Source: an uncultured bacterium (lineage in GTDB: Bacteria > Fidelibacterota > Marinisomatia > Marinisomatales > UBA1611). From it: a stretch of DNA of 64,000 nucleotides. Both the position numbers and the translations under genes were made by a program. The notes beneath the pieces are model-generated. The model saw only the letters and a program-made list of their open reading frames with translations, made no database searches and was not told the origin of the DNA. Location of the stretch: the NCBI GenBank assembly GCA_943788175.1, contig CALSPG010000005.1, positions 160,001 through 224,000 of the forward strand, given 5' to 3'. The stretch's first letter is position 1; each line of letters opens with the position of its first letter. This document shows positions 10,201 through 19,216 of the stretch, piece by piece.

Positions 10201-11826
10201 ATGGGTGAGTACAGCATAAATGTTCCGTCTAATCCAACGGCAGGTGTTATTTATTTTGTTAAAACAATAACGATTTTACCTGAGTTAAGAAATGATGCAA
10301 TTGTTGAAGTTACGACATACACTGGTACTCAATCTGAAGTTGACTTTGAATTTTTTCCATATGTCGATGAATATGTGATTTCAGGTCAAATTAAAGATGA
10401 TATTGGGCAGGGCGTTTCTGATGCGGAAGTGAATGTTAGTTCTGTAGATAGCCCAGGTGAAGGTGATCGTGAACACGAGAATGGATGGTATAATTATACC
10501 TACACTGATGCGCAGGGTTATTACGCTATAACCGTTCCAGCTGGTATATATGACATGGATGTTATTGCAGATGGTTTTCTAACAGCAATGCAATCCGGGG
10601 TAGATGCTACTTCAGATATAGTCGTTGATTTTAATTTAACGCCTGTTGGTGATTTTACTGGTTCAGTGCAGGGGGTTGTCTTTTTTCTAGGTGATTATGC
10701 ATCGGAAGATCCAGCCTATATTGAAATATCTAGCGACAGTTACGAAGTGTCAACTTATGCAGATCAAGATGGGTTTTACTCTGTCCAGTTAATTGATGGT
10801 GTTTATGATATTTATGTAAATGCAATGGGGTATGATTCCTATTGGAAACCTGAAGCGTTTGAAATTATGGGTAACACAGTTGTTTTTGATGTGGAGCTAT
10901 TTGCATATGGTTATGCGAATGCGCCTCACATGGTCGACCTATATGATATTCCAAATGATCAAGGCTTACAAATGCGAGCAGTTTGGGATGCGGGAATGCC
11001 AGGTGATTATAATTTTTTCACACAGTTTTCTATTTGGAGAAAAGTAAATAATGCTCCAATTGAACTTTGGGATTACATTGAAACTGTCCCTTGGCATGGA
11101 ATGGATCCATATGCAGCGGTAGTACCGACATTAGGAGATTCGTCTATGCATGGGGTGCATACAAGCACATTTATGGTCACGGCACATACTTCAGATGTAG
11201 GTTCTTGGTTTGACTCTGAACCAATAAGTGGACATTCTATCGATAATCTTCATCCTGGTACTCCAATGGACCTGTCATTTTCCTCAAGTCAAAGTGGAGT
11301 ATCTTTAAGTTGGTCTTCCTCTACAGATGAAGATTTCAGTTATTTCAATATCTATAGACAGGATTTACTTAGTATTGAGTCAGCAGTTGTCTTCACTTCA
11401 ATTGATTCCTTCTATACAGATCTTGAAGTAAGCAGTGTTGGTTCCTATGAATACTGGGTGACAGCTGTCGATCTTTCTGGGTTAGAATCTGAAGCTTCAA
11501 GTTTTGTGTCAGCCGTTCTTTCTGCTGGTGAAGAGATGGGCATGCCTGTAAACTTCGCATTGAAGCAGAACTATCCTAATCCTTTTAACCCCTCTACGCA
11601 GATACAATACGCGTTACCAAGTGAGTCTAAAGTTTTAATCTCTATTTATGACTTAACAGGCCGTAAGGTAAAAACACTTGTGAATGAAGTTCAAAGCGCA
11701 GGGCATAAATCTGTAATGTGGAATGCAACAAATGAGATTGGTAGGCCTGTAAGTGCAGGAATGTATATCTACTCAATACAAGCAGGAAACTTTATACAGA
11801 ATCGTAAGATGGTATTGATGAAGTAA
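7258..11826 (+). CDS. Large secreted modular protein 1: lamin-tail domain, PKD-like, CBM20/glycogen-binding-like, one ENQD repeat, carboxypeptidase-regulatory-like repeats, FN3, T9SS/FlgD-type CTD
   Basis: Signal peptide ending NA|Q; LTD 'FITEI...FVELYNNT..IDLTGW'; CTD 'LKQNYPNPFNPST...SAGMYIY...RKMVLMK'. Confidence 0.88.
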   Translation: MMNIKRNNFWSAAKTIAATLFFGLSIGNAQGVFITEITDPNTNSLATNGGRFVELYNNTDADIDLTGWALRRWTNEQIDPQPSDQVLSGSISAGGFYIITNIAEGFESIYGFAADLAIGSGGPADSNGDDDIALINLAGDVVDFYGEVNTSSGTDNTGTVWEFEDGRAERLASVSSANALGISSEWNIDNDSGGGDGVQDVDNMDPGSWIGEPVEGNSPPVVNLGGDKYISANDNGDIVVVLDGSAAYDVDNDELSYVWSKIPSLEGVGDLPVVELTYPNGTTGVFKFQLAVSDGEYTVKDTIVFNLLNSYEVKFIVDMSEETIDDDGVKITGLGDDSVPMIDENSDGVYSAIVDLFEGDYTYNFRNGWSYESGDNLGNCAGGQYGNDRGVFVDQDMVLASVCWESCGPCFQEPEVPSAVTFILADGADNTLPENQDYITESVKLTRGASGALFNIAIESEYEQGVSPEGTVWAIGLTSDNALDNFASYSNLHDAVNGALNGFSEIEGKTFSMHVAGTDKYFDVTFNSWTNGGSGQGGPATRGFSYTRVAVENNESEGPSFSNYTLMVKDAESYDAEVEATLPPLNVDGQGVVIEVDFDTSGDNVGPYVGALGLFWDANFSGQLDEGDMNIADELFSDEEGEDEATPNREHDDEDGPAVIMLTDNSPMDESDQNGKAVVRLKGLDFMALQGATFFFAELNKDGELTGTTFKVEPFSSSSTIFTGVASRNVDNTNQPIQGVFVSVEKVDVGFDDMINTDSEPMAVAMGLTGSNGVYSLGASSLMAGDTAVVGAETVLDERLIVLMEDQEGVVGHRAEFITVEGENHMADISVIRSNTLVQGYVTDSQSMSFNGSLHVQFFLGSDENPIMIEDHVEIDEGGMFTFWAMNGAEVELSYYGMSGNINRNFLIEADDTMFSDTIDAYVFNYTLDLTPPSEAVIKGRAFWVSLDSSGTNMDYTDIPLPGMEIKIYNENDMLFATTDAMGEYSINVPSNPTAGVIYFVKTITILPELRNDAIVEVTTYTGTQSEVDFEFFPYVDEYVISGQIKDDIGQGVSDAEVNVSSVDSPGEGDREHENGWYNYTYTDAQGYYAITVPAGIYDMDVIADGFLTAMQSGVDATSDIVVDFNLTPVGDFTGSVQGVVFFLGDYASEDPAYIEISSDSYEVSTYADQDGFYSVQLIDGVYDIYVNAMGYDSYWKPEAFEIMGNTVVFDVELFAYGYANAPHMVDLYDIPNDQGLQMRAVWDAGMPGDYNFFTQFSIWRKVNNAPIELWDYIETVPWHGMDPYAAVVPTLGDSSMHGVHTSTFMVTAHTSDVGSWFDSEPISGHSIDNLHPGTPMDLSFSSSQSGVSLSWSSSTDEDFSYFNIYRQDLLSIESAVVFTSIDSFYTDLEVSSVGSYEYWVTAVDLSGLESEASSFVSAVLSAGEEMGMPVNFALKQNYPNPFNPSTQIQYALPSESKVLISIYDLTGRKVKTLVNEVQSAGHKSVMWNATNEIGRPVSAGMYIYSIQAGNFIQNRKMVLMK

Positions 11827-11849
11827 TTAAAACGATTTATCGTTTGTTT

Positions 11850-11885
11850 AGAAAAGGGGTTTCGTTTGAAGCCCCTTCTCTATTT
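11850..11885 (+). terminator. Intrinsic terminator-like hairpin after giant gene 1
   Basis: aaggggtttc-gttt-gaagcccctt stem-loop followed by ctctattt. Confidence 0.7.
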
Positions 11886-11917
11886 AATTTAGACTAAATA
11901 ATTATTAAGGAAATTTT

Positions 11918-12415
11918 ATGATTAAAATTGTAAAAGTACTACTAGCCTCTATGCTGTTTGTTTTATCAACAAAGGTATATGCTCATTGCCAAGTCCCATG
12001 TGGTATTTATGGAGATGCCGTCCGAATCGTACAGATAGAAGAAGATATTACCACTGTACGCAAAGCGATGAATATGATTAATGACCTTGCAGGAAAGTCC
12101 GATGCACAATCATTAAACCAAATCTCTAGGTGGGTTAGAACAAAAGAAGACCATGCTCAAAAAGTTCAAGAGACCGTATTGAATTATTTCTTAGCTCAAC
12201 GAGTAAAAGCAAAAGAAAAAGGGACGAAAGAAAGACAGAAATACGTTGACCAAACGCTCACGCTTCACCAACTCGTTGTCGCTATGATGAAGTGCAAGCA
12301 GACGGTAGAGCAGCGCAATTGTAGTAACGCTTATGAGCTGCTTGATAAGTTCACAAATATATATTTTGATCAGCACGGGATTGACCATTTGAAAAAGCTA
12401 AGAAAAGAAAAATAA
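11918..12415 (+). CDS. sodN: Nickel superoxide dismutase precursor
   Basis: Nickel-hook motif HCQVPCGIY directly after a 22-aa leader; 'RWV..KE.HA' and 'MKCKQ' motifs. Confidence 0.95.
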   Translation: MIKIVKVLLASMLFVLSTKVYAHCQVPCGIYGDAVRIVQIEEDITTVRKAMNMINDLAGKSDAQSLNQISRWVRTKEDHAQKVQETVLNYFLAQRVKAKEKGTKERQKYVDQTLTLHQLVVAMMKCKQTVEQRNCSNAYELLDKFTNIYFDQHGIDHLKKLRKEK

Positions 12416-12437
12416 GCTCTATTTAAGTTCTATTTTT

Positions 12438-12476
12438 AAAGCCTCAATGTTATTTTATTGGGGCTTTTTTGTTTTT
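12438..12476 (+). terminator. Intrinsic terminator after sodN
   Basis: aaagcctcaat-gttatttt-attggggcttt followed by a T-run. Confidence 0.8.
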
Positions 12477-12674
12477 AACCGTGGTGTATAATTCTCTCAG
12501 TATTTTACATATTGTAATTTTTTGTTACACATAGCTTTAAATATGTTTTTAGTTAAATATATTTTTTCATTCGTGAAAAATAAAAATACAATTATATTAT
12601 GCATTATGGCATAAATTTTGATATATATAATTATATTGAGCCATATAATAATTGTAGCAAAAAAATTATCTGAT

Positions 12675-12905
12675 ATGAATAAGTTAATAACTAAATATTT
12701 TTATTTTATTTTACTTAGTGGTAGCTCGCTACTTTATTCCCAAAATTATTCCCTTAGCTTTGATGGGGATGATGATTATGTAAGCATTACAGATGATGAA
12801 TCCCTGACAAGCACTAGCGTGATGACTATCAGTGCCTGGTTCAAAAAAGTGTCCGGCTCCCGGCTGGATGAGCCTTGTTGGGAAAGGGACTTCCGATGCG
12901 AATGA
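12675..12905 (+). CDS. N-terminal fragment of giant protein 2 (signal peptide and start of LamG)
   Basis: MNKLITK...LYS|QNYSLSFDGDDDYV. An extra C in 'ctccc' (~12858-12861) shifts the frame. Confidence 0.65.
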   Translation: MNKLITKYFYFILLSGSSLLYSQNYSLSFDGDDDYVSITDDESLTSTSVMTISAWFKKVSGSRLDEPCWERDFRCE

Positions 12906-15900
12906 GGAATACGTCTTGATGCTCAAGGATGACCAGGTGTATTTTGATGTTGGGCAAGGAGGCGGTCCCTACATCCAGCAAAGCGCAACCATTGATTCTG
13001 AGACTTGGCACCACATCGCTGCCGTTCATACTCGCAGTAATGGTACTTCCATGTTGAAAGTGTATCTAAATGGCGAAGATGTTGGCGGAACAACAATAGG
13101 CGCCACAAGCACCCCCAACGATAATAGCTATCCTCTTACTATCGGTTCCAGGTTTGCCACACCCAGCGCTTTATTCAAAGGCCAAATCGACGATGTTCGC
13201 ATCTGGAGTGATGCATTAGATGGTCAGCAGATCCAAGAAATTATGGATAACAATCTGTCTGGCTACGAAGATGGCTTGGTTGGACATTGGGACTTTAATG
13301 AAGGGGAAGGTTCTTTTTTAACAGACTTAAGTGGTAATGGTAATGATGGTAGTATAAATGGAGCAGTATGGAGTGGGGATGTTTTTGATAATTTAGATGG
13401 TTCTATAACTTTTACGAAAGAAGACTATGCTGACCCAAGTTTAGCAGAGAACCAAGATCGTATTCTTGATAATATATGGATTACTAGAGGCAATGATAAG
13501 CCACTATATAATGCAGCTATAGAAGGTAGTTATAATGATCAGAATAATGATTATAGCATATCACCCGCGGGGACTGAATGGGCTAGCGGGTTAACCGTGA
13601 ACCAATCTTCTATTTTAGATTACAGCGATTTTAAAACTACTGTAGGTAGTAGTATGCAAAATTTACCAGATCAGATATTATCTCTCCACATAATAGGAAC
13701 AGATTTATACTTTGATATAGAGTTCCATTCTTGGACTAATAATCAAAATGGTGGTGGTTTTTCATACACGCGGACTCCTGCGGAAGGACCAGATTTGCCA
13801 GAGGGTTATTTTAGAAAATTAGATTATTCTGATCCTAGTTTAGCAGAGAATCAAGATCGAATTACAGACAATGTTTGGATTACCAGGGGTAGTGACAAGC
13901 CATTATATAATGCAGCATTAGAAGGGAGTTATAACGACCAGAATCGGGACAATAGTATTTCTCCAGCTGGAACTGAATGGGCAAACGGTCCGACGGTGAA
14001 TCATTCTTCTGTTTTTGATTATAAAGGTTTTAAGTCCGCGTTAGGAAATGGACTTCAAAATTTACCGGGGCAAACTCATTCTATGCATATCATCGGCACT
14101 GATATTTATTTTGATGTAGAATTTCATGCTTGGACAAGTGGCAGAAATGGTGGCGGATTTGCATATATTAAAACTCAAGTCCCGGGGCCAGCAGTACCCG
14201 AAGGTTATTTTAGAAAGTCTGACTTTGCCGATCCTTCTTTAGCCGAAAATCAAGATCGCATTACTGATGATATATGGATTGCGAGAAGTAATAGCAGTGA
14301 TACCCAGCAATCATTTTATAATGCTGCTCACGAGAGCAATTATAATAATTCTAGTTATAATGGAGGTCCTTCTCCAGAAGGGACAGAGTGGGCAAGCGGC
14401 CTTACAGAGAATCAGAATTCTATTGAGAGCTATAAGACATTTATAGGTGCTGTAGGAGATGCATACAATCTTCGTAATATTCCAGGGCAGACATATTCCA
14501 TGCATATTATTGGTACAGATCAATATTATGACGTTCAGTTTCACACGTATACTTTTGAACAGGACGGAGGTGGATTTTCGTATGTGAGAACACCAGCAAT
14601 GGGTCCAGAGCTCTTAGATGGTTATTTTAGAAAACCGAGTTATGCGAACCCAAATCTGTCATTTAACCAGGATCGCATCACCGATGAAGTTTGGATTACT
14701 CGAGGGAATGAAAGAGGACTCTACAACGTTTATAATGAAGGTGGTTATAGTGAAAATAATTCTCCTTCAGGTACTCTGTGGTCTATGGGACCTACGTCAA
14801 ATCAAGTATCAACAGATAATTACACTTCATTTCATGATGCGACAGGTGAAAATAATTACGGAGATAACCTAAGCGAATTAGTTGGTGAGATTATGTCAAT
14901 GCATATAATTGGCACTGATATTTATTATGATTTTGAAATCCATAGTTGGGCTGACGGGCATGATGGCGGAGGTGCGTTTTCATATACAAGGACACAAGCT
15001 GAAATAAACACATTTAGTTATCCTGAAAACACAGTTTATTTTGAAAAAGAAGACTATTCAGATCCCAATCTTGAAGAAAACCAAGATAGAGTTAATGATA
15101 GTTTATGGATATCGCGCGGCGATTCTGACCCAATATACAATGTATTTAATGAGAATAGTTTTATAAATGGCATTTCTCCCTCAGGGGCAAAATGGGCACC
15201 TGGGTCAACCTCTTCTCAAAACTCGTATGGTGATTACACAGATTTTATTTCTGCGCTTGATCGAGAACTTAGATTTATTCCAGGGCAAATAATGTCTTTG
15301 AAGCTTGAGGGCAAAGAAGTTTTTTACGATATTTTATTTCATAGTTGGACAAATGACAGTCAAGAAGATTGGAATAATGAAACAAATGGTGGTGGTTTTT
15401 CATATAGTAGAATGCCTGCTGAGATAAGCACTGGATGCACAGATCAATATGCTGACAATTACAGTCCTGATGCTTCGATTGATGATGGTTCATGTATTTT
15501 CTACGAGCAATCGGTTTCTTTTACAAAAACAGATTATAGTGATTATGAATTAGCTGAAAATCAAGATCAAATTGCAGAGGGAGTTTGGATTACAAGAGGT
15601 AATTCTGACCCCCTATTTAATTCATTTTATGAAGATAGTTATGAAGAAGGTCTTTCTCCTAAAGGCACTAAATGGGCTATTGGTTTAACCTCGTCTCAAA
15701 CAGTTTATGAATATCAGTCTCTTAAAGATGCACTTAGTGGTGACTTAAGTAATATTACTGATCAAACTATATCAATGCACCTTGTTGAACTTGATATTTA
15801 TTTTGATGTACAGTTTTATTCTTGGACAAATGGCAACAATGGTGGTGGTTTTTCATATACTAGAATCCCTTCTGATGTTCCTCCGGTTAATGGTTGTATG

Positions 15901-17253
15901 AATCCATATGCAGACAACTATAATCCAAACGCATATTATGATGATGGAAGCTGTATTTATTTTCAAGAGACAGTCACTTTTACGAGGGCAGATAATGTCG
16001 ATCCAAGTATGGCAGAGAATCAAGATCGAATAACAGAGAATGTTTGGATTACCAGGGGTAATGACAAGCCATTATATAATGCAGCATTAGAAGGTAGTTA
16101 TAACGATCAGAATCGAGATAATAGTATTTCTCCAGCTGGAACTGAATGGGCAAACGGTCCGACGGTGAATCATTCTTCTGTTTTTGATTATAAAGGTTTT
16201 AAGTCCGCGTTAGGAAATGGACTTCAAAATTTACCGGGGCAAACTCATTCTATGCATATTATCGGCACTGATATTTATTTTGATGTAGAATTTCATGCTT
16301 GGACAAGTGGCAGAAATGGCGGCGGGTTTTCATATACAAGAACTCCCGTTGATGGTCCAGCATTACCTGAAGGTTATTTTAGAAAGCCTGACTTTGCCGA
16401 TCCTTCTTTAGCAGAGAATCAAGATCGTATTACTGATGATATATGGATTGCGAGGAGTAATAGTAGCGATACCTATCAATCATTTTATAATGCTGCATAT
16501 GAGAGCAGTTTTAATAATTCTAATCACAATGGAGGCCCTTCACCAGAGGGGACAGAGTGGGCGAGCGGCCTTACAGAGAATCAGAATTCCATTGAGGGCT
16601 ATAAGACATTTATAGGTGCTGTAGGAGATGCATACAATCTTCGTAATATTCCAGGGCAGACATATTCCATGCATATTATTGGTACAGATCAATATTATGA
16701 CGTTCAGTTTCACACGTATACTTTTGAGCAGAACGGAGGTGGATTTTCGTATGTGAGAACACCAGCAATGGGTCCAGAACTTGTAGAGGGTTATTTTAGA
16801 AAACCGAGTTATGCGAACCCAAATCTGTCATTTAACCAGGATCGCATCACCGATGAAGTTTGGATTACTCGAGGGGAAAGACAGCCACTATATAATGCTT
16901 TTAATGAAGGTGGTTATAGTGAAAATAATTCTCCTTCAGGAACCCAGTGGTCAATGGGACCTACGTCAAATCATAATTCTTTGTCTGATTATTCTGATTT
17001 TAAGAATGCGACTGGAGGGAATCTTCAAAACATTCCTGGGCAGACGATGTCACTTAATATAACGGGGACAAATCTTTTTTATGATGTAGAGTTTTTATCT
17101 TGGAGTAGAAATGAGGGAGGTGGGTTTTCGTATAGAAGGATTTTAGTCGAGTCTGATATTCCAATTCCGGGTGGAAATAACTCACTAAGTTTTGATGGGA
17201 AGATGATTATGTCGAATTTAATAGCTCATACTTTTGAAAGTATAATAAACTGA
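12832..17253 (+). CDS. Fragment of giant protein 2: LamG plus nine ~125-aa ENQD repeats
   Basis: LamG 'WHHIAAV...YLNG...FKGQIDDVRIW', then repeated 'F.K.DY.DP.LAENQDRITD.VWITRG...SP.GT.W...GGGFSY.R'. Confidence 0.85.
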   Translation: MPGSKKCPAPGWMSLVGKGTSDANEEYVLMLKDDQVYFDVGQGGGPYIQQSATIDSETWHHIAAVHTRSNGTSMLKVYLNGEDVGGTTIGATSTPNDNSYPLTIGSRFATPSALFKGQIDDVRIWSDALDGQQIQEIMDNNLSGYEDGLVGHWDFNEGEGSFLTDLSGNGNDGSINGAVWSGDVFDNLDGSITFTKEDYADPSLAENQDRILDNIWITRGNDKPLYNAAIEGSYNDQNNDYSISPAGTEWASGLTVNQSSILDYSDFKTTVGSSMQNLPDQILSLHIIGTDLYFDIEFHSWTNNQNGGGFSYTRTPAEGPDLPEGYFRKLDYSDPSLAENQDRITDNVWITRGSDKPLYNAALEGSYNDQNRDNSISPAGTEWANGPTVNHSSVFDYKGFKSALGNGLQNLPGQTHSMHIIGTDIYFDVEFHAWTSGRNGGGFAYIKTQVPGPAVPEGYFRKSDFADPSLAENQDRITDDIWIARSNSSDTQQSFYNAAHESNYNNSSYNGGPSPEGTEWASGLTENQNSIESYKTFIGAVGDAYNLRNIPGQTYSMHIIGTDQYYDVQFHTYTFEQDGGGFSYVRTPAMGPELLDGYFRKPSYANPNLSFNQDRITDEVWITRGNERGLYNVYNEGGYSENNSPSGTLWSMGPTSNQVSTDNYTSFHDATGENNYGDNLSELVGEIMSMHIIGTDIYYDFEIHSWADGHDGGGAFSYTRTQAEINTFSYPENTVYFEKEDYSDPNLEENQDRVNDSLWISRGDSDPIYNVFNENSFINGISPSGAKWAPGSTSSQNSYGDYTDFISALDRELRFIPGQIMSLKLEGKEVFYDILFHSWTNDSQEDWNNETNGGGFSYSRMPAEISTGCTDQYADNYSPDASIDDGSCIFYEQSVSFTKTDYSDYELAENQDQIAEGVWITRGNSDPLFNSFYEDSYEEGLSPKGTKWAIGLTSSQTVYEYQSLKDALSGDLSNITDQTISMHLVELDIYFDVQFYSWTNGNNGGGFSYTRIPSDVPPVNGCMNPYADNYNPNAYYDDGSCIYFQETVTFTRADNVDPSMAENQDRITENVWITRGNDKPLYNAALEGSYNDQNRDNSISPAGTEWANGPTVNHSSVFDYKGFKSALGNGLQNLPGQTHSMHIIGTDIYFDVEFHAWTSGRNGGGFSYTRTPVDGPALPEGYFRKPDFADPSLAENQDRITDDIWIARSNSSDTYQSFYNAAYESSFNNSNHNGGPSPEGTEWASGLTENQNSIEGYKTFIGAVGDAYNLRNIPGQTYSMHIIGTDQYYDVQFHTYTFEQNGGGFSYVRTPAMGPELVEGYFRKPSYANPNLSFNQDRITDEVWITRGERQPLYNAFNEGGYSENNSPSGTQWSMGPTSNHNSLSDYSDFKNATGGNLQNIPGQTMSLNITGTNLFYDVEFLSWSRNEGGGFSYRRILVESDIPIPGGNNSLSFDGKMIMSNLIAHTFESIIN
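13843..16973 (+). repeat. ~960-bp in-frame direct duplication (13843-14804 and 16012-16973)
   Basis: Near-identical DNA at a constant offset of 2169 bp, covering repeats 2-4 versus 7-9. Confidence 0.9.
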
Positions 17254-17802
17254 GTATTACGCATACAGGCCTGGATTAAAGTTACCGTCGATGTGACGCA
17301 AACTCCTTCTTATGGTTCCAAAATAGAGATTGTGTGTTGGAATGCTGGTGATGCGTCATCAAAGTTTTGAATTTACAAGGTTATGCGAGTCTGGATGACG
17401 GCATATTTGATTGATAATGCTTTTACACTGCCCATCGAATGAATGGCACTTATGTTGCTATTAGTTTAGCAATGTAATAATGTTCATCAAAATTTACGTA
17501 AATGGTGATATTGTTTTTCACAAGATCATTTTTTCGGTGAAATAGTATCCTCAATAATCATTCTGTTCAAATGGGATACGTATCATCTGGATGCACCTAT
17601 TCTTTCCATGGAATATCAATGGTTTGAAATTTGGGTGATAATTCTCTGAGCAGGAGATGAAGAACAACATGATTGACGTTATTCATCAAAATGATTCCAG
17701 GCTAATTGGATATTGGAACTTTAGATGGTGAAGGCTCAACTTTAACAGATCTAAGTGGTAGTGCAAACATGGTAAATAAATGGTGCAACTTGGAGCGGGG
17801 AT

Positions 17803-18942
17803 GTGCCTATCCCTCCAGTTTATGGATGTACTGATTCTTACGCGTCAAATTTTAATTCAGATGCAAATGCAGATGATGGTAGCTGTGATTATCTGGAAGA
17901 TGGTAATAGTTCTTTAGCTTTTAATGGTGATGCCAATTCAGTAAACATTGATGTAAACACAATTGATGATTATACAATATCTGGCTGGTTTAATTATGAA
18001 ACAGCAGATGATGGGAATTCTATTATCTCAAGTTCTAATGATTATATTCGAATAGTTTCATCATTAGAATCTGAAAACCTTAAAGTACTTGGTTATAATT
18101 CGCCAACAGGTGCAAATCATAGAGGCCAAACTATTTTAGATTCAAATGTTTGGTACCATTTTACTGTAGTCAGGAGTGACGCACAGCTTGCCTTTTACAT
18201 TAACGGCGAATTTGATAGTTATTTTTATGAACCAGGAACAAATATAAATTGGTCAAAAATTGGTCTTCATAGCAATGGTTACCAACATGGGTTCGATGGT
18301 AAAATAGATGAAATTACCATATGGGATGAGGCTTTGAGTGAAACTGATATTCAAGATCTTATGTTTTTAGATTCGCTGCGGGATAATTATAATTCATTTA
18401 AAGCTGATTATAGATTTAATGCTAATAACGGCGACATTTTATATGATCATTCCGGAAATGGGAACCATGGCCAAATTAATGGAGCAACATGGGCTAATGG
18501 ATTTAGAATGCCTTCATCTCAAGTAACTTTTCTTGTAAACATGAGAGAGTTTGCAGAAGATGACGTGCTATCGGAAGGGGTTTATATATCTGGTGGAAAT
18601 ATTGGTTCTCTTGCGGGATCTATTGATGATCAAACAGGGTTCCAGATGTTTGATGATGATGGAGACCATGTATATGAAGTAACATTAAACCTTGATCGTA
18701 ATTCATTTTATAATTACAAATTTCGAATTGGTTTGACAGATGGGAATTGGCAAGGAAACTGGGAAGGTATACCTCAAGATTGTGGATATGGCGAATGGTT
18801 CGATCGTTCTTTGAATACTTCTAGCGCTGGCAGTCAAATAGTTGGGCCATACTGTTTCAGTAGTTGCGACAATTGTGAAGTGCCGAATATGTCTCTCAGC
18901 TTTGATGGGATGGATGATTATGTGAGCTCAAATTCCAAATAG
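17803..18942 (+). CDS. Fragment of giant protein 2: GCTD motif, LamG and CBM20-like domain
   Basis: 'GCTDSYASNFNSDANADDGSC', a LamG, and 'VTFLVNM...DDDGDHVYEV...YKFR...CFSSCDNC'. Confidence 0.75.
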   Translation: MPIPPVYGCTDSYASNFNSDANADDGSCDYLEDGNSSLAFNGDANSVNIDVNTIDDYTISGWFNYETADDGNSIISSSNDYIRIVSSLESENLKVLGYNSPTGANHRGQTILDSNVWYHFTVVRSDAQLAFYINGEFDSYFYEPGTNINWSKIGLHSNGYQHGFDGKIDEITIWDEALSETDIQDLMFLDSLRDNYNSFKADYRFNANNGDILYDHSGNGNHGQINGATWANGFRMPSSQVTFLVNMREFAEDDVLSEGVYISGGNIGSLAGSIDDQTGFQMFDDDGDHVYEVTLNLDRNSFYNYKFRIGLTDGNWQGNWEGIPQDCGYGEWFDRSLNTSSAGSQIVGPYCFSSCDNCEVPNMSLSFDGMDDYVSSNSK

Positions 18943-19216
18943 TGAACTTTATGATTTTACAAATGACTTTTCAGTAGGGGTTCATTTTAAACCTGCCTCT
19001 AATTTTAATGGTGGTTGGTTATTCTCAACAAGGTTATGATGGGCAAGGACAAATGAATCGGATATGGAGCGTATATGCCTATAATGACCGGAATGATTAT
19101 TATCGTTGAATTTGTTACTTCTGATGGATTTCACCAATTTGATGTAGATGCAAATTTTTCACGCAATAGCTGGAATTTGATCATGATGACCTATGATGGA
19201 AGTTACGTAAAGTTTT

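Noticed and set aside
9195-10480. Repeated 'REH[DE]' peptide in acidic loops of giant protein 1 (NREHDD, DREHEN)
   Set aside because: Only two short occurrences; they cannot be distinguished from chance or assigned a function.
13843-16973. Duplicated segment as a DGR template/variable repeat pair
   Set aside because: The differences inspected are mostly third-position and not adenine-specific, both copies are coding, the repeat is too long, and there is no reverse transcriptase in the window.
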